DNA of 53,223 nt, the filler included, from Diploschistes diacapsis (taxonomy: Eukaryota): assembly GCA_023645945.1 (NCBI GenBank). It is 3 parts of 3 records of this genome, joined end to end, with 100 filler letters (N's around TTAATTAATTAA, not from the genome) between each part and the next. Parts side by side here need not be neighbours in the genome. Positions count along the whole stretch, not along the records: positions 17,803 to 35,487 come from JALAIB010000444.1; positions 35,588 to 53,223 come from JALAIB010000445.1; 1 more part is not named here. One strand, given 5' to 3'. The translations under genes were made by a program, and so were the position numbers. Below are positions 34,254-47,300 of the stretch, piece by piece (position 1 is the stretch's first letter; every line of letters starts with the position of its first letter). The notes below the pieces were generated by a model that saw only the letters and a list, made by a program, of their open reading frames with translations, was not told the origin of the DNA and ran no database searches.

Positions 34254-35140
34254 ATGTCTCCTCACCTCTTCTATGTTTTCCCCTGGATCCCCTTCCCTCG
34301 GCATTTGATTATTTACCTCCGCGAACGCCGCATCCCGAACTCTCATGTTCGCGTAATCGCTGTATCGGACCCTCAACAGGGTCAGAAGGTCCCTCAGGGC
34401 TTTCCGCCTCCTCCAGCAGGGAGTTCACCAATTCTCGCCATTCCCCCTGCAGCTGCTAGCGATCCCAGTATTCCGACAACCCTGGAGGGCTGGAAACTCC
34501 TTCGCCAATCTCTTCACATTATGCATTTCCTGGAGTCCCGGTTCTCAACACTGGATGGCTGGAAGAAGCCTCCCTACTGTATGCAGGCCGAGCGCCCAAG
34601 CAATCCTTATATGTTGTCGAACAATACTGGCTATCAGTCTTCTGTGGAGATGGCGCTAGCTTGCTGGAACCCTCTCCGACTCTTCGGCTCTGGTGCTGGA
34701 CCCGTCTCGATTCCCGAAGCAGCGAAGGAGAGCCTTAAATGGGCTCGTCGCGAGCTGGCCGTGATCGAGACTTACCTCAACCCTTCATTGGAAATTGACG
34801 TAGATTACGGAGGCTACGCGGAGCGACTTGCGCCAGTATCCAAAGGTGTTCCAACCTTTGGCGACATTATGCTCTTCTCGTATCTGGAGATGGTTGCTGA
34901 TGTCTATGGTTATTTTGATGAGTTGACGCTGGGTCAACGGGCCAAAGCCGAGGGTGGGAAAAGATGGGAATAGATGCTTACGGTCGGGAGGTAAAGGATC
35001 TTGGGTATTATTCGTATATCCAGGAGTTCTTTGAGTTGTTTCGTGCAAGGACAAGTGCGGAGCGAGTTATTGATTTGGGAGAGGGTGTACCGGATAAGGT
35101 GAGGAAGAATGCCAATCATTGGGTAGAGGGTGTCTTTTGA
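34254..35140 (+). CDS. Glutathione S-transferase-like protein with a frameshift near 34959-34962
   Basis: N-terminal WIPFPRHLIIYLRE, P.LAIP and LRQSLHIMHFLE; C-terminal PTFGDIMLFSYLE. The ORF stops at 34973, but an alternate frame continues IDAYGREV...IQEFFELFRARTSA...NHWVEGVF to a stop at 35140. Confidence 0.7.
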
Positions 35141-35487
35141 AGGATTTACCGAAATGTATAGTAAATCCTACCATACCATTTAAATCTAGGCGCGGCTAAA
35201 GATGATCAATCCGTGTTTCCGTAGATGCCCAGTGACGCGCTCTCTGTCGTAAGGATTACTATTTCAAACCAGATATGATTAATTAACTATTATAGAGTCG
35301 GAGCTTTAGCCTAGCGTACGCTTGAGCTCAGACTAAATATCGTAACGAGACCACCATCATCACACAAACGAACCGCACCCAACTCCGCAGCTCCACAATT
35401 CCATACTGCACATATCACCCCACGCTCTTCCAAACAACCAACAGCCTCTCCAATTTCCGCACGCTTCCTACCCAAACCAAACCAAGC

Positions 35488-35587
35488 NNNNNNNNNNNNN
35501 NNNNNNNNNNNNNNNNNNNNNNNNNNNNNNNTTAATTAATTAANNNNNNNNNNNNNNNNNNNNNNNNNNNNNNNNNNNNNNNNNNNN
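35488..35587. other. Artificial contig linker N44-TTAATTAATTAA-N44
   Basis: Identical to the linker at 17703-17802. Confidence 0.98.
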
Positions 35588-36319
35588 GGGAGGGAGAGGG
35601 TAGGAAAGAGGCGCTTGTTTGTGCTACAGGAAAGGAAAGGGAGGGGAAAGGAATGAGAGACATACGTTTCAGAAAAGGGTTTCCACGTGGGACTAAGGAG
35701 ACGTCAGGGGGGCTGGAGGCACGGAGCTTCAGAGACTAGGGGTATGGAGGCGTTGGACATTTGATTAAGGGGTGGAAGGTGGGGGGAAATCTGTAGTTGG
35801 TTGGAGGGAGTTGTGCCCCGTTGGAGGAGAGGGAGGAGGTTTTATGAGGAATGTGGGAAAACAAGCAACGAGAACGATGAATATGGTCTTAAGCTCAGCT
35901 ACAGAAAAGCGGTAACAGGTGGAATATTTTGACGTTCCATTGGTACAGGGAGGTCGTTCGAGGCTTGGATTTTCGTAAAGGGTGCCATGAGCCCAGAGAG
36001 CTGATTGACAGCAAGGCGCTCTACAAAATACAGCAGCGTCCTAGTCCCTGGCCAATGTATCCGATACGTGTACGGAATCAGTATGCTGTGCAAGGAGATT
36101 TGACGTGAATCACTTCTTTCCCAATCTTCGAACGGGTTTGCGGGCGACACTTCTTCCGTGAGTTCCGCCAAAACCCCTTTCACTCGCTGCCCCAAATCGT
36201 TCTCACTTCAACATGCCCGGTGCTGATTCCGTCGCAAGATTGAACGTTCCTCTTCCCAACAATACGGGCCGTGAGTAGTAAAATCATGTCTTTCCTCCCT
36301 CCTTACTTTCTTTCGTTGT

Positions 36320-37755
36320 TCAGAAACTCGCCCGCCCATCTCTACCCGCAGCCCATCCCTCTGCCTCTGCTTCAGCTTCTGCCTCAGCCTCAGCCTCTTC
36401 CTCTTCCTCCCTCTTCCTCTCCTCATCTGCCTCCCTCCACCCCGGTCCCCCAACCGCCAGAACCCTTATCCAGCCGTGCCTCCTCCCCTTTTCATTCTCC
36501 ACCTCCTCAACTCCAATTTCCTCCAGCTCACTCAATGTCAAATAATCCTCCTCGTCACCCTCTTCCCCATTCCCACCGCTGATCTGCCAGTTTTCTTCCT
36601 CTTCCCTATCACCTCCTTCAACCACCGCCTCCTCCCAGTTAGCGCTCCACACCCTCCATCGCCCTTGCACCCCGTCGTAGAGGAGAGAGTGCGCTGAATC
36701 CCGATTCCGCAGGCGCTCGGCCTGACGCATGGCTTGGGCGCGGCTGGAGCCGCCGTCCAGAGGGGGAACGGTATAGAAGGTGGAGAAGGGGAGACCGTAG
36801 CCAGGGGCCTGGGCGGAGACGGGGTCCCGGTGTTTGCGGGAGAGGGTGCTTAGGGAGAGTTCCTGGAAGGATGGGTGTCAGTGTAGTTTGCGAAGGTGTT
36901 GTGCCGGGCTGCTGGAGAGCGAATGGAGATGTGGTGGTAACGGGAGGGGAATGCGGTGGGGAAGGGATTGGACAGTGAGTTGGGCGGTATGTGGAGGAGA
37001 CTTACTCTGTGACCTCTGAGTTCCAGAGCCCTGATGTAGGCTTGTGCGCGTCTTTCTTCTCCTCTGGGGTTGTCGATGGCGAAGAGAGGTTTTTCGACAG
37101 CTTTGGGGTTTGTGATGGTTCTAGTATTCGGCTTGCGTGGGGTTTGTTGTTCGCTATTCTTGATTCGGTAGACAAGAGATCCGTCGATAGGGCTTATCGT
37201 GGTAGAGCGAGTGTGCTCGGCGGAACGGCCAGAGTTTCGATCCATGATAAGATGTTTCGGATTGATCTTGGGTTTCAGAATGTCAGATGCTGCAGCGACA
37301 GATGCGGAGGTCCTTAGGATAGGTGCTCCAGGCCGTGACCTTGGCGAGAGGGCTCGAGCTCGAGGGTAGCTAGGAGCCGCAGGAGGTATACCTCGTGTGT
37401 AATAAGGGGTCCAAGTACCAATACGACGGGTAGTTGAATTCGAAAAGTTGATAGACTGAGCAGCGAGTGTGGAGGCAGTATTTGAGGATTCGGCCTTGGA
37501 ACCAGTTTGGTTGCGGATCGGAGGAAGATGCTTTCGAGGAGATAATGAAGTCGGAGAAGGCACACTTCTCTTGCGTATCTTTGAGTGTTGTTGTTCCTCG
37601 ATGGGTCCTTCTTGAAGGAAGTTGCTGCTGTCATCTGAGCTGCGGTGACGCTTTTTTGTAGATGTGCTGCATGACTCAGGCATAATAGTCTGGACTGAAG
37701 GGGGAGGTTGGTGCGGTGGTGTATCCCTGGGAGTCAGTGCGTTCCGACGAGACAT
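36320..37755 (-). CDS. Low-complexity hypothetical protein (~430 aa; intron 36863-37005)
   Basis: A GTAAGT...CTGAC...CAG intron joins 250 codons of ORF 36850-37755 in frame to ORF 36320-36730. S/P/R-rich N-terminus, acidic EA-repeat C-terminus. Confidence 0.6.
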
Positions 37756-38527
37756 TTTGGTCTTGCTGAAGCTTTCCTTGGAACCTAGTAGTTTGACTCT
37801 TTTTGTAGGACGCTTGCAATAAAGCTTTGGCTGTGGAGAGTGGTGGTGCCAAGGTAGAAGGTTGAAGATGCAAAGCAGAATATTGGTGGGGATACAAGTC
37901 GACAGAAAGAGATGCTCATGTTGATGGGCTCGATAAGAGATTCAATGTAGAGTCACCATGGTGCTAATAGTGAATCACAGGCCCTCAACACACGGTGCTC
38001 TCGTTAGTTATGTGTAGTCGAGGTTTACCCGTTTGTTGTTAGTGGAACGCTGCCTGATTCGGAAGGAACAACTTGACACATACTAGGGACACATTGAGTA
38101 TGCAACGTTTGGCAAGGGGTACCTGTTATGGAGACAACGAAATGAGCCTACCTTGAATCTCGGATATTTGGACAGCATCCTCTTAGTTAAGAGGAGCATT
38201 GGAGTAAAGAGGGTTACGGAGATCAATATTTGACTGGATTTAACACGGTTGAAGGCAGTGGATGAAGTGTAATGTTGGTGCCAAACGAGGCGTCGGTGGT
38301 GCATTCGAAGCAGTGATATCACCAAATGAGAGTTGTAGACAGCCAGAAGAGGAGGGATTGAGGCTGATATATTCAGGATACCATTTAGTAGAGCCTCACA
38401 AACAGACAAAACTGCAATCTTGGCCTCTGTTGGATCCCACAAAGCATTCCGAGACGCCTGAGTCCAACCGTCCACGCAGCCCTCATCAAAGCCCATTTCT
38501 TCAGCTGATGCATATGGTTCACATCGT

Positions 38528-38955
38528 TCATCCAAACTTGACATCCCTAATCGTGCCATCCTTGTCCGTGTGGACGTTCAGTCTGTTCGGATTGGCGTCC
38601 ATAGTCGTCATGCTATCTGGGCCCACAATGCGGTGCTCTTTGGGAAGATCTTGGCGGGCGAAGTTCTAGGGTCTTGTTAGCCGATTGCAAAGAATGAGAT
38701 CCGTCTACTAGTAAAGCCCTGGCACAAGAAATGGACCAAAGGACGCACGAGGAATACCCATGTAGTGCGAGCCGCAGAAGGCTAATAGGAAACGTATAGA
38801 GGGCGACAAGGAGTCGAGACATCGAGAAATTCACTTACCACTTCATCATGCGAGTCCCCGATCTTTTTCCCCGCGAGCTTAGAGAGCCATTCTTCTTTCG
38901 AGCCGGAGCCCAAGGCATTGGAGTTGCCGGTGATGCCAGGGACGAGAAGAGGCAT
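38528..38955 (-). CDS. Small peptidase inhibitor I78-like protein (84 aa; intron 38666-38838)
   Basis: Spliced product MPLLVPG...EEWLSKLAGKKIGDSHDEV|NFARQDLPKEHRIVGPDSMTTMDANPNRLNVHTDKDGTIRDVKFG. The TMD..PNRLNV motif is typical of the I78/potato-inhibitor-I fold; canonical GTAAGT/CTAAC/TAG intron. Confidence 0.85.
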
Positions 38956-39321
38956 GGCTGCGGCTCCCTGGAAATATGGTGTAGAGTTTGGGCTCTTGTT
39001 CGTCTTCGCGTGCTTTGTTTGGAGAACTTTCAGGTCGATATATCTCGATCTTTCCAAAATGGATATCGAGTCTGTTATAGGTTGCAGCTGCAGCCCACGT
39101 CTACAGCGTCGTCATCCGCTAGAATCGGAATCAGAGGTCGAGCTAATGTACGTCATCTGTCCACGCGAGCCATGCACTGGGGAAAGTAGAGGAAAGTACG
39201 ACGGCGGCGCAAGGGCCCGCTTAATCACGGCATAGCAAATGAGCAGTCACAAGTCGATGATTTGATGCCTGTATTCGAGCAACTAAACCAGGTATTATGT
39301 AACAAGCTTACTCCCCATATA

Positions 39322-40400
39322 TTACTTGGTAATGTGTAGTAGAGGGCATCCGGTATTGGCATAGACGGGGTTCAGCTTGCTTGCTGCCCATTCAACCACC
39401 TCCCCCTGGCAACTCCAGCACTCCCGAGAGGGGACTTGGCACATTCTCGGTCGCAAACTGATACAGCAAGCATGTAATATCAGTGGCGGGTGTCGAATTT
39501 GGCAGCTGCCCGTTCTGGATGTAACTAAAGCTACCCAGTCCATCAAAGTTGTTCACGCCCACGTCCCACCAAACAGAACCGGGTATTCGAGATACTGCGC
39601 CAGGATCTCATTTCCGACGTCCATCAGCGTGTACGGCGCAACACGGTTGAACCGGTGCGCGGGAATTTGCTCGAGTACATGATTCCAGTCGCCTGCACCG
39701 TCTGAGACTGCACCAAAGAATGCCGAGATGGTGGGCAGATTCGCCGGCCGGTACGACGCGAATAGCTCGTATAAAAAGACTTGCCGCACCGTACAGCAGC
39801 AGGGACTTTGGTCCGTAGTAGAAATTCGGGTTCGTGGCCTCCGACTGGCCGTAACGCTGGAAGCGGTATTTGGCTATATGGTCACGATCGAACAGATTGT
39901 TGCAAGTGCTGAGCATGTTTTCGAAGAGCGTGCCGTTGAAATCGTAGTTATCGCCATCGCCTAGGAAGTAGTGGTCACGCGTCAGAGAGGTGTCACTTTC
40001 GAACTTGTTGTGGCCATCGAGGCCAAGCTCCTCGCCCAACAGGTCGCCGGTGGCAGAGGTGCGGGAGGTAGCGTCACATCCGATGGCGAGCTTCTCAGTA
40101 ATGACATCGCCGTCCAGAGAGGAAATTATCCGCAGATTGGTCATCGATACTGATGACGGTACGGGAACACGCTAGAAGACTCACGATTCACCGCGGCGTT
40201 CAAGCCAGGATATGGGCCTCTGATATCATCTGCGTCAGAGGAGTATATTGGTGTGCAGTATCGCCGGGTGGAGGGACTTGAATGCCGCCAACACTAGTGC
40301 CTGGCAAACCGTTCTGTCCGCCAGCGTATGGATATTCAGCGCTATACGGAGCAGCCCCCGTGTGATTCAAGTTGAAGGGGCAAGTAGTTGCTCGTTTCAA
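39322..40400 (-). pseudogene. Heme-thiolate peroxidase / unspecific peroxygenase (chloroperoxidase family) pseudogene
   Basis: Fragments in several frames: PPPGDTAHQY, DIRGPYPGLNAA (PCP motif altered), GLDGHNKFESDTSLTRD, SEATNPNFYYGP, FLYELF, EQIPAH, CLLYQ. At least 3 frameshifts; the 5' boundary is uncertain. Confidence 0.85.
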
Positions 40401-41380
40401 GGGACCTGAGTCATTACGCAGTAGCGTGCTATCAACGCCCGGCGTATTTTAGGTGTCGGGCTTACTGAGGGGCTGTTTGAGGTCCAGAAGACTTGAACAT
40501 CAGTCTGAGTGGGTTGAAGGCCCGCTGAAACCCGCATGAAATCCATCCCTTCAAAGGCGGGCACCAAACCTTCACCAACTTTCCAGAGATCAATCCAGTT
40601 GAGACACAATGGAGCATTTCTTCGGCCTCGGCCCATGAAGCATAGGAAGAACGACGCGGCAAATGAATTGCCTTGCTTACCCCCTGAAAACATTTGCGAC
40701 TTGCTCTGAAGAGAACGGCAACTAGGTATATGGGACAATTGACCATTGAGTGGTGCCCCTGGCGCAAAGATAGGGGGAGAAAAACCAATGAAACCCTGCG
40801 AGTAGTGATCAAAAGCTGAGGCCCACGTGTCGACCCAAACCGGAACAAATGGTGGATTGGGAAGTTGGCTCATCCCCTGTTAATCCTTTCCCCGCGTCGA
40901 TCCTGTACACATGCCTCGGTTAGGGTAAAAACCCCAGCACCATTGCCGGAAAAAGTTCAAAGGTCTGGATGGACCCCTGCATGCATTCAAGGATTCTTTA
41001 CAGAACTCCCATGCTCGATATGATGCTATTGATGGAAATGCAATCTGAACATAACCCGAGGCAGGAGTTCACGGAAACAAAAGTCCCATACTCAAAGGCG
41101 CATGCAAAAGAGCATTGCCCGATATAGAGAACAAGTACGAAAATAGGTGCTGCGAATAATTCCCTATGGACCTCTATACCATACCCACAAACCGTGAGCA
41201 TGGATGAAAGGACTCGCACCGGCCCTCCAAAACAAGGAGAACACTTGAATGCGCACTCTTCGATTCGTAGTTCTGTAGACTGCACGTTATCCATACATGG
41301 GAATACGCATAGGTTGTGGCTTGCAGTTCAAGCACGCTCGAGCCCCAATCGTGGCACAGCGCATTGTTTCGACTCAGCGT

Positions 41381-42957
41381 CTATCCTTTAGCGGCACCGG
41401 CTTTAATCAGTAGAATGTCGCCATCCTCAACCACGTAGTCCTTCCCTTTCGTCATTATCTTGCCGTTCGATTTGACCGCCGCTTCGTCTCCAAGCTCCTT
41501 GAGAGTCTCGTAGTTGAACACTATGGCTTGGATGAAGGTCTTTTCGAAATCTGCGATCAATCTTGTTAGCAGTACGTCCTCTCTGTATGCCCAAATAGTC
41601 AAGGTCCAAGACGGAGCGGAGCTTACCAGTGTGGATCACGCCGGCCGCTTGTGGCGCCTTAGTGCCCTTACGGATAGTCCACTGTCTGACTTCGTCTGCA
41701 CCTGTGGTAAAGAAACTTCCGAGCTGGAGCGCTTGACGCATGGTTGTGACGACCTTTGGTAACGCGGACTTGGTCCCTAACTTCTTGCATTCCTCTTCTA
41801 CCGCGGCATCGTCGCCAAGGTGGGTCAGACGTTCTTCAAAGCAGATTGAGAGTGGTATGATCGGATCGCCTGCTGAATTCTCTTTGACCCACTCCGCGAT
41901 CTTGGGCAGATGCTTGTTCTTCTGCCTGATGTAGTCTTTTTCGCTTAGGTTCACTAGGTATACTACAGGTTTCGCTGTGAGAAGGAACAATGGGTTGATA
42001 ACTTCAATCTAGACACACTGACGTTAGCAGAAGCCCTCAAAAATTAGTCCGAGAAAGCCAGAAATTTGAAAATTTTCGTTCAGAGTTGGATTTTCTCTCA
42101 GTACAGCCTCGACGTGAGTTTTGAGTGAGACTGTTCGAAGAGCTGGGATTATTCGAGCTTGTAGCTCTTGTTCATCTCGAAAATAGGTGCGGAAGGAAAG
42201 GCTCGATCATATGTACCTCTTTGGGGCCCCAGTGCTCCTTGCGTACATCCTTGCCGGCCTGCAGCCATGCTAAAATCTTCTCGACGGTTGCCTCCTCTTC
42301 CTTTAACTTCTTCATCTCTAGACTTTGGCCACCTCTTCTGGTCTGCTTCTTTAAATTCTCTAGCGCCTTTTCCACGAATTCGATGTCTTTTATCCGCAGT
42401 TCCTCGCTGATGATATTAAGGTCTCGAATCGGATCCACGTCTCCTTCAACGTGAATAATTTCGGCATCGTCGAAGCATCTGACGACTTGAAAGATGGCAT
42501 CGACGGCTCTAATGTGTGATAAGAAAGCATTGCCTAGGCCTGCACCTGTCGAGGCGCCTCGGGTAAGTCCAGCAATATCGTACACCGTCAAATTCGCGGG
42601 TACTTCTGACTTGGGCTTGTAATGCTGACATAGCCAGTCGTAGCGAGCATCTGGTACTATGACTCTTGCCTCCTCTGGTTCGATGGTCGCGTATGGAAAA
42701 TTCTATAGATACTTGAGCGACTATTGCAAAGAACATGGAAAGACGATCTCACAGCCGGATTGCCTAACGTGCATTTTGTGATAGCTTGGAAGAGCGTTGA
42801 TTTTCCAACATTAGCAAGGCCGACCTAGTGGTGTCAGTGCCAGGTCTATGCTGTATGGATCGCCACAGGCTGCCGCACTCACGATCCCGCTTTTAAGATT
42901 GTTTCCAGGCCTGCCTAGAGGTACCTTCTTCTCTTCTTCTTTCTTTTTGGGCGCCAT
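41381..42957 (-). CDS. OLA1: Obg-like ATPase OLA1/YchF (multi-exon)
   Basis: [99 protein letters not shown]. Confidence 0.96.
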
Positions 42958-43614
42958 CCTGCGTTTATTACCGTGTTGTCGCGTTTGGCTTGATGTGAAG
43001 GTTGGGGAGAGAAAATTTGGTATTTTCAGGAATGAAGTTCCGATCGCAGTTCTTGCTGCAAACCGTTGAAAAGGTGGGTTCAGAGAAGCGAATATCAATC
43101 CACAGATTGGAGAATTCGTCGTTATTATCGTTGTCGCTGCGTAGTGAGGGAAAATCCCCTCGCCAGGTTTGTGTGGTGGTCAATTTTTCAAACTGCGGCT
43201 GCACTCGGTGCAGCTGCCCACTGCAGCAAGGAGTTGAAGTTTTGGGTTCCAGCGAACCGCCTTTCGACCTCCACTAAAATCCAGTGCTTGGCGGTCTGTT
43301 CTTGTCCTACCCCGTAAACTAGTTACATGTAGTCTAGATACATAGACACACCTATTGCCGATGTCATTCTTCCTCACCTTCATTCCATATTGCTATGTAT
43401 CTTTCTCTTTGAATATAATCTCTATAACTACTCACCACGAATTCCCGGAATTATCTGGCAAATCTGGAAGCTTATAGTATGTCGTCATAGAGGCCTGCTG
43501 CCTCAAGTTGAAACGACCGCAAATCCGAGCTTTAGAGATCTGTCACAGCAGTCATACCACACGAACCGCTGTGCATATTGAATACTTGGAGCAGTTCATT
43601 TCTTTTCATTCAAC

Positions 43615-44334
43615 ATGCCTTCCCAGCGCCCAAACAGGCCTCCGCGTTCCTCATCATCCATCGTACGACCGAAACGACCTTCACGTTCGCTTTCTATGCA
43701 GCACAAGACCGAAATCATCATCAATGTCTACGACTTACTGCCCCAGAGTACCTTCTCCTCCATCTTGTGGGCATGTGGGGTATCGCTCCTACATACCGGC
43801 ATCGTTATCAACAATCGAGAATACTCGTATGGGGCCGTCCCACATCCCACAGAACCCTCAAGTACGGGCGTCTTTTGGACACGACCCCGACTCGAGCCGC
43901 CGGGCGGTACGTTCCGCCAATCTATCCTCCAGGGCTTTACATATCTAAGTCCCGCCGAAATTGAGCAACTTGTTCGAGACGTGAGCGCAAGGTTTCCTGG
44001 GAAAGAATACAATCTACTGACTAACAACTGCAACCACTTCACATCGTATCTCTGCCGAATATTGACTCACCGGGAGGCACCGGCATTCCTCAATAGAGCT
44101 GCAAAATTGGGGAAAGTCATGCCTTGTTTGGTGCCTGGGCGGTGGCTCGAGCCCCCAACAATGGATGACATGGTGGACGATGGGGACGCGAACAACATGG
44201 ATGATGACGAGCGGCCCATGCTTTGGAGAGATAGGAACCTCTCGAGGATGTCGCTGGAAGAATTAGATGTTCGGGATGTGGAAGGGAGAAGGCTGCCGCC
44301 GAGCGAAAGGGCACCTCCAGAGAGACTGATTTGA
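43615..44334 (+). CDS. PPPDE/DeSI family peptidase (desumoylating isopeptidase-like)
   Basis: IIINVYDL, LLHTG (catalytic His), EYSYG, YNLLTNNCNHF (catalytic Cys), P.FLNRAA. The start could instead be the ATG at ~43696. Confidence 0.92.
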   Translation: MPSQRPNRPPRSSSSIVRPKRPSRSLSMQHKTEIIINVYDLLPQSTFSSILWACGVSLLHTGIVINNREYSYGAVPHPTEPSSTGVFWTRPRLEPPGGTFRQSILQGFTYLSPAEIEQLVRDVSARFPGKEYNLLTNNCNHFTSYLCRILTHREAPAFLNRAAKLGKVMPCLVPGRWLEPPTMDDMVDDGDANNMDDDERPMLWRDRNLSRMSLEELDVRDVEGRRLPPSERAPPERLI

Positions 44335-47300
44335 GCTTGGGTATACCATTTTCCTATTTCATACGGTATGGCTCAAGGCGCATAGCGAAGTCGGCACTTT
44401 TTGATTTAGGAAGCGATTTTGGAGCGTATTGACTATCTCAATTGAAATTCTGCTTCTTGGGCTTGGCATGCAAGGGTTATTTCCCTCTCAATGGCCAACC
44501 AGCCTCCAACTTATGCTATCTGGTCCTCAACCCCCAATGCTTTTCTCTCGTTCCTGTCCTGTGCTAGACCTTTTACATCTTGTGAGAGGGGGATGTTAGG
44601 TGGACTAGACGCAATAAACTTCTCTCACCAGGGCTTTACCTACTAGGCCCATCTAATCTCCCTTGTCCGTGACAGTACACCCACTTTTCAGGTCGTCCTG
44701 GTAGAGTAACAAATGCGGATAGCGGCACAATGAGTGAAGTATTACTTTTGAAAGGAGGCTTGTCGATGATAAAAGCATTGCATGTCGTTCACAGAGGGGG
44801 CTCTCAGAATCAAGTCACACTCAAGGATATGTGCATGAAAAGCACTACGGCCGTGAGCATCTGGATACACAAAGTTATCGGGAGATACGCCGCCGTCGTA
44901 GCAAGCGTTCTGATCTACGTAACACAGTCGTGGCCCATGCAGGGGGGTCTTTTCGATGCCTCAAACCAGGGTCGTATTGCCTCTGTGTCACCTTTTTTGT
45001 AATAGAAGGGATTGAATGCTTGCTATTAAGGATGGCAGGAGCTCATGACGTCCAAGTCGGATGATGGCTCCTCACCGTACCGTCGTCGAAGCCATTCAAC
45101 AAGATCACTATGCGGTTTTTGGATTTGTACGTCAACAACAGGACTTGGTCGTTGGGAACAATGAAGGTTAACAGCTTCAAGAAACATGGACAGCATCGAG
45201 CCCTGGTCGAACCATACATAACGCCTTGTGGGGAGGATGCAAAGCTTCTCTCATTTCCGGGACAGGTTGTGTTGATTCGACTTAGCAAGTTACAAAAGAG
45301 GGAAAGGCCAATCTTCCCAATATCAAAGGCTAGATTTCCAGAGCTAGTTTTGGGAAGAGATGGTGACAGACGACTAAAGTAAGTGATGTTATCCGTGAGC
45401 TGTTCTTCACCCGAGGCTCCCACTACTGGTCCTCTTCGAATGTTGGTCGCACAAGATTGTATTTCTTAAGATGTTGCAAGAGCTGTTGATGTAAAATAAT
45501 CCAGATCAGGACGAAGCTTAAAGTCGATAGGTAGGGAATGTGTAGCTGCACGTAACACGCTTAGGACGAGGCTTCTATGTTCTTTGAGTTAATTGATAAC
45601 GTTTAGAAAGATCTAATGGGGTTCGACAGCAGCTAACGAGTGTAATAGAGAGGTTGAAGGTCTTTTTACTAGGTAAAGTTGGAAGAATAGGACCTCTCGA
45701 CAGTGAAACACAATAATCTTCCACAAATGCCCATGATGTACCACATTTAATTCTTGCTTTCCTAATCTCTTCTCTTCTGTTGAGTAGCCATTTCAGAGGT
45801 TTGTGTAAACCAAAAAGTCTAAGCCTGTAGCATTGTTTGCAGGCAAGCTGCCCCTGGCGGTTCTATAGGGATATGAGCTCGGACTCTATATCTATGCATC
45901 GATGATGCCTTTGGGTGGAGAGACTGGACTAAGGTAAGTAAAGCCACTGATACACTATGAGATGATTTGCTTGAAATGATATATCTTGGAGATAATCACA
46001 TGTCCGACATCTAGCTTTCATCTCCTTCCTTTGCTCTTCTTTGGACATGCATTGGATAAGAATTGGTATTTTTTATTATTCCAAGAAGAATCGGTAATAT
46101 CATCCTAACGAATGAAATGATAACATACAATACACTTAGCCTGAAGCTCTCCGAATCCCGATCTGAAGATACTGAATATAGAAGCAATCAAGTGATGAAG
46201 GGAATTGAACAAGCAACATTTTACAAATGGTCTTATGGTATACTGGTTTTAGTGCTTGCTTTATGGACTTTCTTCTTAAGGTGTTAAGACGCTGGTGATT
46301 TTTAGGACCCGAACTCTTGCAAATACCCCAACTACCCCATGTCCTGTTAACGTTGCTTATAGGTTCAGGCCAAGGAGAGAAGGGGATAGCCTGCAGCGTT
46401 GTTTGCAGGTTGACCTTTAGGGCTGTAGGGAAGTAACTTAGACCCTCCCAGGGCATCCTTCCTACAGTGCCATGGGACCAAACATTTTTCGGAAGCCAAT
46501 CAACAGGTTAAAATACTAGAGTTTCCTTTCATTTTTTTGCTTCTTCTAGCAAACCATGGTTTTGGTTGTGGTAATTTTACACCATCAAGTGTGCCATCAC
46601 TTATATATGATCCGGATGAAGCTCGGTCTTTGTTTCTTTTTTCCCCCATCTCATTAATGGGAGATAAACTAGGCTTAAGTGATTACATTATAGCCTGTTA
46701 ATGTTACTAGAGAGCCTCCAGCTTTTTGAAATACCTTCAAGGTTAGTAACTTGGACCCAGCCTGCTCAAGGGAAGTTATTAATAAACATCAATGTTCGGT
46801 TGATATAGGAATTGACAACCAATATCTCATATGGTCTCATGGTGTACTAGTTTAGAGACAAGATCATTTCCTTCTAAACCTTCATGGGTGTATCCTGCGA
46901 TCGTCACTGGACGTTATGACATTGTTTTCTACCAAATCGATGGGTGGACAATTGATGCTGTACCTCTAAGCTTGCCATCAAGTGTAAGCTAAGGCCATTT
47001 CTTTGCGTCCATGCCACGATCCTATGCGAGATGAAAGCTCTGCCAAAAACCTGAAAGATAACCACACAATAATAGAGATTCGACTTAGAAGCATATGCCA
47101 GCCATTGGTGTGGTCCAAAGTACCACTGAGGATTACCTCGTAAATAAGGACCATACCAATTGAATTGCTTAAACTCTATAATAAGAAGTTCTCAGACTTG
47201 AGACCTTTTCAAATATTGAGCGCCGTTGCCCAGAACAGACGTTGACTCCTGAGATACACTTAGTAAAGGTGTCATATTAGTATAATGAAGGGAAGAGCAC

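Noticed and set aside
32039..35140. DAHP synthase + GST as part of a secondary-metabolite cluster
   Set aside because: No PKS, NRPS, terpene or other backbone gene in the window, and class II DAHP synthase is a normal gene of filamentous fungi.
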